A stretch of DNA of 43,767 nucleotides from a virus. Taxonomy: Duplodnaviria; Caudoviricetes. Shown here piece after piece: positions 8,453 to 18,047 of this stretch. The notes beneath the pieces are model-generated. The model saw only the letters and a list, made by a program, of their open reading frames with translations, had not been told where the DNA came from and searched no databases. The DNA is taken from positions 1-43,767 of the IMG/VR virus record IMGVR_UViG_3300024232_000005. One strand, given 5' to 3'. The position numbers and the translations under genes were made by a program. Every line of letters begins with the position of its first letter. Position 1 is the stretch's first letter.

Positions 8453-9948
8453 CTGAAGCAGCGGAACAACTCGATTTGACGATCCAAGCGGGGTTGTATT
8501 GGGATAACCCGCTCGGATTCGTGTTGGATTGCTTTGAGTGGCCCGAAGGCGAGGGTCCTGATGAATGGCAGCGGCGGTTCCTAGAAGATTTTGGGAGTGC
8601 GATTAGATCGCGGTCTTTTGACCCCACTGTGCCCGAGCCGGTTGACCCGGTAAGAATGGCGGTCGCCAGTGGGCACGGAATCGGTAAATCCACGCTTATG
8701 TCGTTTGTTTTCTGGTTCATAATGTGCACCAGACCAAACGCTAAGGGCCGCGTCACGGCTAATACCTTCAGCCAGCTCGAGACGACAACATGGGCGGAGA
8801 TTCAGAAGTGGGGCAAGCGCTGCCGATTCAAGGATTGGTTCGAGGTTGGGGCCTCTAAGATCTATCACAAGGAAAACAAAGAGGGTTGGTTCGCTGTCCC
8901 GCTGACTTGCGCAGAGGAGAACAGCGAGGCGTTCGCTGGCCAGCATAATCGCGAGTCGACCAGCTTCTATTTGTTCGATGAATCGAGCTTGATACCCGAT
9001 ACGATATGGGAAGTTGCCGACAATGGACTTACCGACGGTGAGCCGATGTGGTTTGCCTTCGGGAACCCAACGCGCAATACGGGCAAGTTTTATGAGGCCT
9101 GTTTCGGTGATTGGCAGCATCGCTGGAATGCGCGATCAATCGACAGTCGAGACTGCAAGTTTCCGAATCACCAACTCCATGAAGAATGGATTGCAGATCA
9201 CGGGCTCGAATCGGATTTCGTTAAGACGAGGATTCGAGGATTGCCGCCGTCACAGGCTGAAGGGCAACTCATCAGCCGTGAGTTGGTGCAAGAGGCGCAG
9301 CATCGGCGTGTGGAAACACTGATGGATGAGCCATTGGTGGCCGGCGTAGACGTGCCTGACGGTGGGTCGGCATGGTTCGTGATTAGATTTCGCCGCGGGC
9401 TGGACGCTCGGCCTGGACCGCGCGTACCTTCGCCAATCAGAATTGCCGGTTCAAAGGTGGATCGGCCACAAATGATCGCTATCTGTTCGCAGGTGTTGAG
9501 CGAGCAGCATCCCGACAAGTTTGTGGATGCTATGTTCATCGATTCGGCCTTCGGTGCAGCCATTGCGGAGCGTCTTAAGTCTTTGAAATACGATAATGTT
9601 CACGAGATTAGCTTCGGTGGAAAGTCGCCAGATGAGCGGTTCGGGAATATGCGTGCGTTCATGTGGGGAAAGCAGATGAAAGATTGGCTCAGCAAGGGCG
9701 GAATCGATCCCGAGGATAAGAATTTGGTTAGGCAGTTGTCGGCGCCTGGGTTTCACCTGAAAGTTGGCGGCGATGGGGCGTTGATTGTCGAGAGCAAGGC
9801 TGACATGGCGAAGCGTGGTATCCCGAGTCCGGACGACGGGGACGCGTTGGCGCTTACTTTCGCGCGTGCAGTGGCCAAAAAGGAAAGAGCGCAGGTTGTG
9901 GAACATCCGCAAAGACACAGCCCAGACGCATGGATGCGTAGCATTTAG
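8449..9948 (+). CDS. terL: Terminase large subunit
   Basis: Walker A SGHGIGKS, Walker B FYLFDES, FGNPTR coupling motif, VAGVD and SPDDGDALALTF nuclease motifs. Confidence 0.95.
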   Translation: MTEAAEQLDLTIQAGLYWDNPLGFVLDCFEWPEGEGPDEWQRRFLEDFGSAIRSRSFDPTVPEPVDPVRMAVASGHGIGKSTLMSFVFWFIMCTRPNAKGRVTANTFSQLETTTWAEIQKWGKRCRFKDWFEVGASKIYHKENKEGWFAVPLTCAEENSEAFAGQHNRESTSFYLFDESSLIPDTIWEVADNGLTDGEPMWFAFGNPTRNTGKFYEACFGDWQHRWNARSIDSRDCKFPNHQLHEEWIADHGLESDFVKTRIRGLPPSQAEGQLISRELVQEAQHRRVETLMDEPLVAGVDVPDGGSAWFVIRFRRGLDARPGPRVPSPIRIAGSKVDRPQMIAICSQVLSEQHPDKFVDAMFIDSAFGAAIAERLKSLKYDNVHEISFGGKSPDERFGNMRAFMWGKQMKDWLSKGGIDPEDKNLVRQLSAPGFHLKVGGDGALIVESKADMAKRGIPSPDDGDALALTFARAVAKKERAQVVEHPQRHSPDAWMRSI

Positions 9949-9989
9949 CGAGAATTGGAGTATACTGCCTTGGTGACACATTCACGATC

Positions 9990-10253
9990 ATGATGACAAG
10001 AAAGACGCTCCTTCGCGTACTGCTGGCGATTAGACTCTTTGAGTCTAGCCGAGCATCCGACGCATATTACGCACTTCCACGAAAATTCAAACGCGGCTAT
10101 CTGTCGCCGATACACGTTTGGATATTTCGTCAGAACCTGCGCACGTTGTCGGAAGTTCTGCGGCCCTACCTGCGGCAGTTCATGCAGTCGGACGGTCGTC
10201 AGAAGATCGGCGATAAGATCCATATTCGCAAACCAGCGAGGTATGTAGCCTGA
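9990..10253 (+). CDS. Small protein resembling coat protein N-terminal region
   Basis: KIGDKIHIRKPAR versus coat KIGDTVYVRKPAR; stop overlaps groES start. Confidence 0.65.
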   Translation: MMTRKTLLRVLLAIRLFESSRASDAYYALPRKFKRGYLSPIHVWIFRQNLRTLSEVLRPYLRQFMQSDGRQKIGDKIHIRKPARYVA

Positions 10254-10753
10254 TGGGTAAACAAGATTCAAAATTCGACCACTTGCGGCCGCGCATCGAT
10301 GTAACCGAGTTCACGCCCTACTATGAGGATCGCGTCATGGTGCGCCGCATTGCGCATCCGGTAACGGACGGCTCGCTGTACCTACCTGAGAAGCGAAACA
10401 CGATTGGCGAAGGCGACTACGACCTTGTTGAGCTGCAATTGGGCGAGGTTGTAGCGCTTGGGCCTGGTTCCTCGGGGATCTGGAAGGATGGGGAGATCCG
10501 AGGGCATGGAGAGCACGCGCAGCAGCAGCCAGGGTATCCAAAAGCTTTCAAATCCGGCGGGCGCCTGCCGTTTCAGGTGAAGATTGGCGACAAAGTGCTG
10601 TATCATCGAGTTCACACGAACGAAGTGGTCCACGAAGGCGAGACGTACACGCTGCTTTTCGAAGAACAGAACATCCTGGCGGTTGTGGAGCAATCACAAA
10701 GCGAAGTATTTCGCGAGGTCAACGAAATGATGGATGCATGGGCTAAAACATGA
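10253..10753 (+). CDS. groES: GroES/Cpn10-like co-chaperonin
   Basis: PYYEDRVMVRR, LYLP, GEVVALGPG, VKIGDKVLY, EQNILAVVE motifs. Confidence 0.9.
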   Translation: MGKQDSKFDHLRPRIDVTEFTPYYEDRVMVRRIAHPVTDGSLYLPEKRNTIGEGDYDLVELQLGEVVALGPGSSGIWKDGEIRGHGEHAQQQPGYPKAFKSGGRLPFQVKIGDKVLYHRVHTNEVVHEGETYTLLFEEQNILAVVEQSQSEVFREVNEMMDAWAKT

Positions 10754-11028
10754 ACTCAAACGGAAACATGATCGTCGACCGCACCCGCGCAGTCTCGGGA
10801 CACCTGATTGAGCCTTCGGGCTCTTCGCCATTCTTCGGATGGTTGGATTCGCAAGGGGGATTTTGTACCGTTCGTGTTGAGAATGTGATGGCGATTACGC
10901 CGGCGGATCGCAGCGACCGAATGCAGGTGATCTTGGGCACCGGGCAAAGCGTTGCGCTTCCCGTCGAGGATGGCTTGCGGCTGATGAAGCGATGTGGCTG
11001 GACGGAAGGGAAGAGGATTCAACCGTAA
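10750..11028 (+). CDS. Hypothetical protein
   Basis: Coupled at both ends. Confidence 0.6.
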   Translation: MNSNGNMIVDRTRAVSGHLIEPSGSSPFFGWLDSQGGFCTVRVENVMAITPADRSDRMQVILGTGQSVALPVEDGLRLMKRCGWTEGKRIQP

Positions 11029-11192
11029 TGCCACTCAAAAAAGGAAAATCAAAGGCTGCGTTCGTTTCTAACGTCAAGACTGAGATTGGCGCGGGGAAAC
11101 CGAAGAAACAGGCGCTCGCGATTGCCTACTCTCAGCAACGTCGTGCGGGAAAGCGGACGAACAATGCGCTGGAGCGGGCGGCTGGCTACTGA
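11028..11192 (+). CDS. Small basic phage protein (MPLKKGKS...QALAIAY type)
   Basis: Motif commonly found near terminase/portal genes; GAGG RBS. Confidence 0.75.
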   Translation: MPLKKGKSKAAFVSNVKTEIGAGKPKKQALAIAYSQQRRAGKRTNNALERAAGY

Positions 11193-11423
11193 TTGCTTGC
11201 GGTACTCGGCCTCAAGCGCACGTTGCGCTTCGCGGATTGCGAGACTGACGTTGCAGGCCATGACGAAAAGATGAGCACCTCCAACATTATGCTACAGATC
11301 CTAGGAGATTTGTGATAGCATTCCAATAACCGTGAGAGGCGTACGCCCGGGCTTTGCTGGTTCAACTCCAATTTCCCGCTGCCCGGGCGTCAAAAGTTGT
11401 GATCCACGTCGTGATGACGTTGA

Positions 11424-13538
11424 ATGTCAATAGAACGAGACGAAAGCTTTTTCGATAAGGCGCAGCGGCGGTTCAAGGCCGCTGTCGACGCTTGGAAACC
11501 CATCTATGATGAGATGGACATCGATCTCAAGTTCGCCACCGGGGACCAATGGGACGAAGCGGTAAAAACCAATCGCGAAACACAGCAAGGCCGTCCGACA
11601 CTCACCTTTGACGTTCTCCACACCAATATTCAGGTAGTCGCCAACAAGATCCGCCAAGACAAGCCGGCCATCAAGATAAGTCCGGCGGGCGGAGGCGCCA
11701 AGCAGGAAACCGCCAAGGTCTATGCGGGCATCATTCGCCACTGGAATTACCTGTCACAAGGCGATATCGCCCGCGACACGGCTTCGAAGTATCAGCTCTC
11801 GGGCGGAATCGGGTTCTACCGCGTCGCCACGAAGTACGTCAACCCAGATCCATCGCCAGATGACGCCGATGCCTTTGATCAGGACGGAACGACCGAATGG
11901 ATTCGTGACCCGAAGTCGGTTTACTTCGATCCTGATGTGGAGCAGCCGCAGTTTAAGGATGCCGGTTACTGCTTCATTATCAAGTGGATGTCCTGGGAGA
12001 AATACAAGGACAAATATGGCGACCGAAGCGATGCGAGCTGGGAAACATGGGACCAATCGGCACCGCTTCTGCGACCGTGGGCCAATGAAAAGGAAATAGC
12101 AGTAGCAGAGTATTGGCATAAAGAGACCACTAAAACTGAGATCAATGTTAATGGGAAGAAACGCATCAAAACCACCACCGTTGTGAAGCAGGACTTCATG
12201 AACGGAATCGAGGTGCTTTCGTCGACGGAATGGCTGACGGACGACATCCCCATCATTCCGGTGCTCGGTGAGGAAACCATTGTAGAAGGTAAGTTGAAAA
12301 TTGCAAGTCTGATCCGCTACGTGCGTGACGCGGCGAAACTGCGAAACGGCTACAAGTCGGCGATTGCGGAAAACATCGGACTCACGAACCGAGTGCCGTA
12401 CACCGGGCCGCGCGGCATGTTCAAGGGGCCAGGCTGGCGCGACGCTCACCTGACAAACCCTGCGTATCTCGAATGGGATCCGGTTTACGATACAAACGGG
12501 CAGCTGATCCCAGCCAAGCCAGAGCGAAACCCCATTGAGCCGGCTGTTCAGGCGCTCACCGAATCGGCGGCGGTTGAATCTGACGACATCAAGTCTGGAA
12601 TGGGTATTTTCGATTCAAGCATTGGGGCGGCCAAGGCCGAATACAGCGGGGTTTCCGTTGAGCGGCGCACCCAGCAGGCTGATATCACGAATTTCCATTT
12701 CAGCGACAACTTGACCCGTGCAATGTGGGTTGAGGGGAACATCCTGCTCAAGCTCATCCCGAAACTGATCGACACGCCACGGGCGATGAAGATCATGGAT
12801 GAGGACGGTACGATTTCGGAAGTTGCGATCACAATGGCTCTGAATGACGGTGAGCCGCCGATGGTCGATGGAATCGATCCCAAGGATCATCACAGGGTCG
12901 ACGTGGGGCGATATTCCTGTACGGTGAGCACCGGTCCGACCTGGGACACGCAGCGTAAGGAAGAATATGAGACGTGGATGGAGTTTCTCGCGAAAGCTCC
13001 TGAACTGGCTCCTGCGTTTCTGCCGGTGGTTCTGAAGTGGTCGGATACGCCAGGCGCCGACAAACTGGCCGAAATCGCTGGCGCACTCGCTCCGCCAGCG
13101 GTTCAGGCGATTCTGAAGGGCGAACAGGCCCCGGATCCGCAAGCTCAGGCGCAATTGGCGGCGGCATCTCAGCAGATGCAGGAACTTCAGGCTGAGAATA
13201 TGAAGCTTAAGTTCGATGCGGCGGCTAAAACGCAAGAACTGACGATGAAGCATTCGACTCAGATTGAAAGCAACGTCGTCGATCTGCTAAAGGCTGAAAT
13301 CTCTTCCAAAAACAAGGAAACAATCGAGATGGTTCAGCAGCAGTTCGCCGCCTTTGGGCAAATGCTTGAAATGTGGCAGGGGCACGCCGAAATGGCTCAA
13401 CAGCACGAGCACGACATGGCGAAAGGCCAACAGCAAATCGACGCTGCGCAGCAGGCGCAAGCCTCAGATCAGGTACACTCGACTATGCAACAGCAGGCAG
13501 CCGCGGAACAACAGCAATCAGAAGGAGCAGGACAATGA
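11424..13538 (+). CDS. P22-like portal protein
   Basis: GDQWD...RPTLT, IPIIPVLGEE, VGRYSCTVSTGP motifs; Q-rich C-terminal barrel; synteny. Confidence 0.93.
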   Translation: MSIERDESFFDKAQRRFKAAVDAWKPIYDEMDIDLKFATGDQWDEAVKTNRETQQGRPTLTFDVLHTNIQVVANKIRQDKPAIKISPAGGGAKQETAKVYAGIIRHWNYLSQGDIARDTASKYQLSGGIGFYRVATKYVNPDPSPDDADAFDQDGTTEWIRDPKSVYFDPDVEQPQFKDAGYCFIIKWMSWEKYKDKYGDRSDASWETWDQSAPLLRPWANEKEIAVAEYWHKETTKTEINVNGKKRIKTTTVVKQDFMNGIEVLSSTEWLTDDIPIIPVLGEETIVEGKLKIASLIRYVRDAAKLRNGYKSAIAENIGLTNRVPYTGPRGMFKGPGWRDAHLTNPAYLEWDPVYDTNGQLIPAKPERNPIEPAVQALTESAAVESDDIKSGMGIFDSSIGAAKAEYSGVSVERRTQQADITNFHFSDNLTRAMWVEGNILLKLIPKLIDTPRAMKIMDEDGTISEVAITMALNDGEPPMVDGIDPKDHHRVDVGRYSCTVSTGPTWDTQRKEEYETWMEFLAKAPELAPAFLPVVLKWSDTPGADKLAEIAGALAPPAVQAILKGEQAPDPQAQAQLAAASQQMQELQAENMKLKFDAAAKTQELTMKHSTQIESNVVDLLKAEISSKNKETIEMVQQQFAAFGQMLEMWQGHAEMAQQHEHDMAKGQQQIDAAQQAQASDQVHSTMQQQAAAEQQQSEGAGQ

Positions 13539-14047
13539 AGAAACTGACTTTCGCAATTCTCTTGATAGTGGCCGCTGCGCTTCCCGCGCGCGCCCAGGTA
13601 GCCCGTACCTGTTCAGCAGGTCCGGTTGACGCTAACCGGCATGTTGCCGTTAAGGAAACCACGCTTTCAGGGGCAGCTGAGAAGATCACGGTTCAACAGG
13701 CCTCCGGAAATGCGTCAAAGCGCGTAACGTTCGAGTGCATCGATGTGCGCTGCTCGATTGCCTGTGAGATTTTCTTCTATCAGAATGGCGCGGCAGCGAC
13801 GACAACAGCGTTAACGATCAGCGATATCAATCTGAGCCCGTCATCGACTGCGGCGGCATTTTCTTCAAGCAATGGAGGCGGAAGCACTGCGTATCGGGCG
13901 GCATATCTTGAATCGGCGGGTACCGTCGTCTTTGACGCAACAAACGTGTTTCTGCCGGCCAAGGCGGGGGCTACGGCCAACTTCAGCGTAGGGACGGCTT
14001 CGATGACCGGAACCGTCCGTATCCAGATCCAATGGATAGAAAATTGA
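13535..14047 (+). CDS. Signal-peptide-bearing beta-rich protein in head module
   Basis: MKKLTFAILLIVAAALPARA|Q Sec-type leader. Confidence 0.75.
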   Translation: MKKLTFAILLIVAAALPARAQVARTCSAGPVDANRHVAVKETTLSGAAEKITVQQASGNASKRVTFECIDVRCSIACEIFFYQNGAAATTTALTISDINLSPSSTAAAFSSSNGGGSTAYRAAYLESAGTVVFDATNVFLPAKAGATANFSVGTASMTGTVRIQIQWIEN

Positions 14048-14089
14048 TGACAAAGGACGTTTCTGTGTTATTGTTTCTGAAAGGGATAC

Positions 14090-15076
14090 ATGGCTGAAGG
14101 GACCGTTGAGAGCACCAAACCGCAAGACGCCAAGACATTCGCGGACTTTCAAGCCTCTCCCGAGGTACAACAGATTTTAGGGGTATCGCCGACCAGGGGT
14201 AAACCCGAACCGGCGTCACCGGCATCGCCAGCCGTTGAAAAAAAGGCGGATGACCCACCTGAACCTGAAAAGGTTGAAGCCACTGCTACCCCAGGTGAAG
14301 CAGACGACAAAGCAAATCAGGTTAAGAGAGATCGAAGCGCTGAAGGGCGCGTCAGAGAGGCTTTAGCTAAATCCAAAGCTGCCGAAGAGCGGGCCGAGCG
14401 GCTCGAAAAAGAGCTTGAAGAATTGCGTAAGGGGACTCGCAAACCCGAGGAAACCGTTAAAACAGAGGTAGCCAAGGAACCAGCGAAAGATGGTCCGCCG
14501 AAATTGGCGGATTTCACGGGCGATTCAAAGTACAAGACGTACGATGAAGCGCTCGAGGCCTACCATGACGCGCGTGATGAGTTTCGCGATCGCAAGGCCA
14601 GCGAAAAGGCAGCGGCTGAGAAGGAAGCGGCGGAAGCCAAAACCAGAAAAGCCGAAATCGATAAACGCTTGGAACCTGCGAAAGCGAAGCATTCGGATTG
14701 GCAAGAGAAGCTTGACGAGACAGCAGCCAAGTATCCAGAGTCTGCAAATATCGGCATGGAAGCCGGATTAAAAGACTGCGATGATATGGGCGAAATGATG
14801 TACCACTTCGCGACTCATCACGATGAGTTTGAGAGGGTGGTATCAATGGAACCCAAAGCTGCGTATCGGGAAGTTCTTCGAACCGAAATCCGATTGGGCG
14901 CGAATCAATCTTCAGAACCTGATAAACAAGAGCCAGTTGTTTCGAAAGCTCCAGCACCGGCGGAACGGATCACCGGCGGAGCCCGCGGGAGCGAAATTAC
15001 TCCGGACAAAGCGCGAAGCCAGCGTGAGTTCGAAAGTAACTCGGAAGTCCAGCGGATTTTGAAACAAGCACGTTAA
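14090..15076 (+). CDS. Scaffolding protein
   Basis: Charged coiled coil, VSKAPAP C-terminal motif, directly before coat. Confidence 0.85.
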   Translation: MAEGTVESTKPQDAKTFADFQASPEVQQILGVSPTRGKPEPASPASPAVEKKADDPPEPEKVEATATPGEADDKANQVKRDRSAEGRVREALAKSKAAEERAERLEKELEELRKGTRKPEETVKTEVAKEPAKDGPPKLADFTGDSKYKTYDEALEAYHDARDEFRDRKASEKAAAEKEAAEAKTRKAEIDKRLEPAKAKHSDWQEKLDETAAKYPESANIGMEAGLKDCDDMGEMMYHFATHHDEFERVVSMEPKAAYREVLRTEIRLGANQSSEPDKQEPVVSKAPAPAERITGGARGSEITPDKARSQREFESNSEVQRILKQAR

Positions 15077-15079
15077 CCC

Positions 15080-15166
15080 CGACTGTCGCGAGATAGACGG
15101 GCAACCGTAGTCGCAGAGCCTTTTTGAAGGCATGATTGCGGTTCTAGCGTCGTGAGACGCGAGGAG
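15080..15166 (+). promoter_or_regulatory. Structured RNA in coat gene 5' UTR
   Basis: Three GNRA-tetraloop hairpins plus a fourth hairpin, ending at the GAGGAG RBS. Confidence 0.55.
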
Positions 15167-15176
15167 ATCGCCCATT

Positions 15177-16433
15177 ATGGCGAACGCGCTGCTTACCAGC
15201 CAGGTCATCACTCGTATGCCCTTGGCGGTTCTGAAGAACAACACTGTCGCAATTCCGCAGATGACGCGGGATTACGATAAAGAATTCGGCAAAAAGGGCG
15301 ACAAGATCGGCGATACCGTCTATGTCCGCAAGCCCGCACGGGCAATCGGGCGCGACGGCTCCGGTTATGCGCCTGAACCAATGATCGACACTGAGGTACC
15401 GATTAGCATCACTCAACAGTCGGGTGTCGACTTCCAGTTCAGCACTGCTGAAAAGAAGTTGAGCCTCGACGAGATGTCGAAGCGGTACCTGATTCCTTAC
15501 GGAATTGCGATCGCGAACAAGTTGGATCTGCGGGCACTGCAGATGGCCCAGCAGAACACATTCAACTTCGTGGGAACTCCCGGCGTAACGCCCGGGCTGA
15601 GTGGCTCGAATGCGTTCCTGACATGGATGCAGGCGGGTGCTTTCCTGGACATCATGGGCTTCCCGCTGAAGGGCGGCAGCCGATGCGCGTTCATGAACCC
15701 GGACGGTCGAGTGGGATGGGTAAGCTACAATTCTGCGCTGTTTAACAATCAGACCGAACTCGGTGAGCAGTGGAAAACCGGGCAGGTCATGGGCAATCCG
15801 CTGGGCTACAAGTGGTGGATTGATCAGAACATGCCGACCCAGACCATCGGGACACTGGGTGGAACTCCTACCGCAAACGGCGCCAACCAGACCGGCACTT
15901 CGATCCTGACGACCGGCTGGACCGCCAGCATCACCAATGTTTTGAATGTTGGGGACAAAATCAGCTTCGCGGGCGTGTATTCGGTTAACCCGCAATCGCG
16001 GCTCTCAACCGGAAAACTGGCGAATTTCACCATTCAGGCCGCGGCAAGCTCCGATGGAAGCGGAAACGCGACCTTGACGATCTACCCGGCCATCGTTCCT
16101 AGCGGCCAATTCCAGAATGTGACGAATTCGCCTTCAGTGAATGCGCTCATTAACGTATTTGGAGCGGCGGCGGCCGGCCAAGGCGCTCTTTCGGCTCTGC
16201 CAACCGTTCAGAACATGCTATGGGATAAGACGGCGTTCGCGTTCGTCAGCTTCCCCGGTGACGTTCCGGATGGTGTGGACATGGGCGACGAAGAGCGAGA
16301 CGAAGATACCGGCGTTTCCATGCGTTTCGTGCGCCAGTTCATCGGCGGGACGGATCAGTGGATCAATCGATTCGATGTGTATTACGGCTATGGGCCGCTG
16401 TATGCCGAAGGGAGCGTTGTGATCTGCGGATAA
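15177..16433 (+). CDS. Major capsid protein, P22 gp5 coat family
   Basis: MANALLT, KIGDTVYVRKP, insertion domain GDKISFAGVYSVNP, RFDVYYG C-terminus. Confidence 0.93.
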   Translation: MANALLTSQVITRMPLAVLKNNTVAIPQMTRDYDKEFGKKGDKIGDTVYVRKPARAIGRDGSGYAPEPMIDTEVPISITQQSGVDFQFSTAEKKLSLDEMSKRYLIPYGIAIANKLDLRALQMAQQNTFNFVGTPGVTPGLSGSNAFLTWMQAGAFLDIMGFPLKGGSRCAFMNPDGRVGWVSYNSALFNNQTELGEQWKTGQVMGNPLGYKWWIDQNMPTQTIGTLGGTPTANGANQTGTSILTTGWTASITNVLNVGDKISFAGVYSVNPQSRLSTGKLANFTIQAAASSDGSGNATLTIYPAIVPSGQFQNVTNSPSVNALINVFGAAAAGQGALSALPTVQNMLWDKTAFAFVSFPGDVPDGVDMGDEERDEDTGVSMRFVRQFIGGTDQWINRFDVYYGYGPLYAEGSVVICG

Positions 16434-16455
16434 CGCTGCTCACGAGGATAAAATC

Positions 16456-17253
16456 ATGAAAAACTTCATTTCAATTACAACTTTGCTGCTGATGGGTGCT
16501 TTGGCCGCTATCGGAGCCACCAATTCTGGTGCTCAGAACGACACGACCAATACTACCCTTTCGGCTCAAATGACGCTGACTTCCGGGCAGGCCTGTCTGA
16601 CCTCCGGAACCGGCGTCGTGCTGCCATCTCTAGCAACGGGCGTCGTCGGCAGTATTTTCCTTGTCGAAGGCGAAGTTATGCAGGCGTCAACCAATCCATC
16701 GGGAACCTGCTATGGCGTTAAACGGGGACTATATGGGTCGCAGGTGGTAACTCATGCGTCTTCGGCCTTTGTTTGGGTAGGTAATCCGGCAACATCTACG
16801 GGGGATTCTTCGCGGCCATTCACCGGCGGGGCGTTTATCACCACCATCCCGCAGGGGTCTTGCATTCCGGCGAATCAGTACACGCTGCCGGTTATCCGAA
16901 TGGGGGACCCATATGGGTTCGCGGCCAATGGGCAGGCCTATCACTGCTTTGCAACCAGCGCGACCGCTACAGGCGTCTGGGGGTTGATGTCGGGGAATGT
17001 CTACGGTGGTACCGTGGCATCGGTGGCGGGCGCACAGTGGCTCGCTGGCACTTCGCTCACAATTTCCGGAACGAACGCAATTACGGGGTTCACGATCCCG
17101 AACGGCTTCGCCTCTGGGCAGTGCATCACCATCATGCCTACGGGGGCGTTTACAACAACCACGGCGGGCAACATAGCGAAAGCGAGCACTGCAGTCGCTA
17201 ACGTCACCTTGCTTGAATGCTGGAACGGTTCTAAGTTCGTTCCGAGTTATTAA
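16456..17253 (+). CDS. Putative capsid decoration/head fibre protein with signal peptide
   Basis: Immediately after coat; hydrophobic leader; TTLSA...VEGEVM...VKRG domain; C-terminal domain shared with tailspike. Confidence 0.65.
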   Translation: MKNFISITTLLLMGALAAIGATNSGAQNDTTNTTLSAQMTLTSGQACLTSGTGVVLPSLATGVVGSIFLVEGEVMQASTNPSGTCYGVKRGLYGSQVVTHASSAFVWVGNPATSTGDSSRPFTGGAFITTIPQGSCIPANQYTLPVIRMGDPYGFAANGQAYHCFATSATATGVWGLMSGNVYGGTVASVAGAQWLAGTSLTISGTNAITGFTIPNGFASGQCITIMPTGAFTTTTAGNIAKASTAVANVTLLECWNGSKFVPSY

Positions 17254-17261
17254 GGAGAATC

Positions 17262-17483
17262 ATGAGAGTACATCCGTTCGATGAATGGCCGAAGCATTTG
17301 CATCGCGCTACTGACGAAGTAATCGCTGGACTTACCGGCGAGGAAGAGCGGCTCTTACGGCTTGCCGGATATCCCGGCGGAGTCGTGGCGCATGACACGG
17401 ACACCGAAGCCATCGCCAGAAAGCACGGGTACGGCGATGAGTATCTGCAGGGAGCGGCGCCGGCAGAAGGAGACGAATCGTAA
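17262..17483 (+). CDS. Small head-module protein
   Basis: AAGGAG RBS; EWPKHLH motif. Confidence 0.65.
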   Translation: MRVHPFDEWPKHLHRATDEVIAGLTGEEERLLRLAGYPGGVVAHDTDTEAIARKHGYGDEYLQGAAPAEGDES

Positions 17484-17484
17484 T

Positions 17485-18045
17485 ATGGAAACACGCCAAG
17501 CGACACCCGAGATGGTTCAGAAGGTGTTGGCCGGCCTCCAGCAGCCTGGGATTAACAATTCCCAGGTGCTGGGGGTCCACATCATCAACATGCAGCGGGC
17601 CAAAAACCAGGGATTTCCGCATGATATGTACCATGAGACGCTGGAGCCGGTCCGCGTGGACAACGCTGAGCAGGAACTGGCGCTTTCTACCCAGTTCGGC
17701 TTCGTGAATCACTACATCCGGCAGGAATGGCCGCAGCACTGGTATCGCCGCAACTTCAGCCCGAAGTTCGAAAAGCAGAACATGACGAATTCAGTCGCCG
17801 ATGATGAATTCATCGAATCCCGGCTGGTGCGCAATGCTGACGATCTGGCGAAGCTCAAAGCGCAGCGGGTCCCGAAGAGCTGCAGCGCTTGGGTGTTCCG
17901 GTTGACTGAGTTACCGGCACTTCCGGAGCAGGGTGCTGAAGATCCCAGCGTGACGATTGCGCGGCTACAGGGACAGCTCGATGAAGCGCAGCGGAACACG
18001 CCGAAGGGCAACGCCAAAAAGAAGGATGAGACAGTAGCAGCCTAA
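17485..18045 (+). CDS. Head-module protein with repeated aromatic-P-xx-hydrophobic-Y motif
   Basis: GFPHDMYH...VDNAEQE and EWPQHWYR; AAGGAG RBS. Confidence 0.7.
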   Translation: METRQATPEMVQKVLAGLQQPGINNSQVLGVHIINMQRAKNQGFPHDMYHETLEPVRVDNAEQELALSTQFGFVNHYIRQEWPQHWYRRNFSPKFEKQNMTNSVADDEFIESRLVRNADDLAKLKAQRVPKSCSAWVFRLTELPALPEQGAEDPSVTIARLQGQLDEAQRNTPKGNAKKKDETVAA

Positions 18046-18047
18046 AG

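Noticed and set aside
11359-11369. GGTTCAACTCC as a tRNA T-arm
   Set aside because: No cloverleaf, anticodon arm or CCA end
15144-15995. Long antisense ORFs over coat, portal, gp10-like and ejection genes
   Set aside because: Shadow ORFs of GC-rich coding sequence with no motifs or RBS
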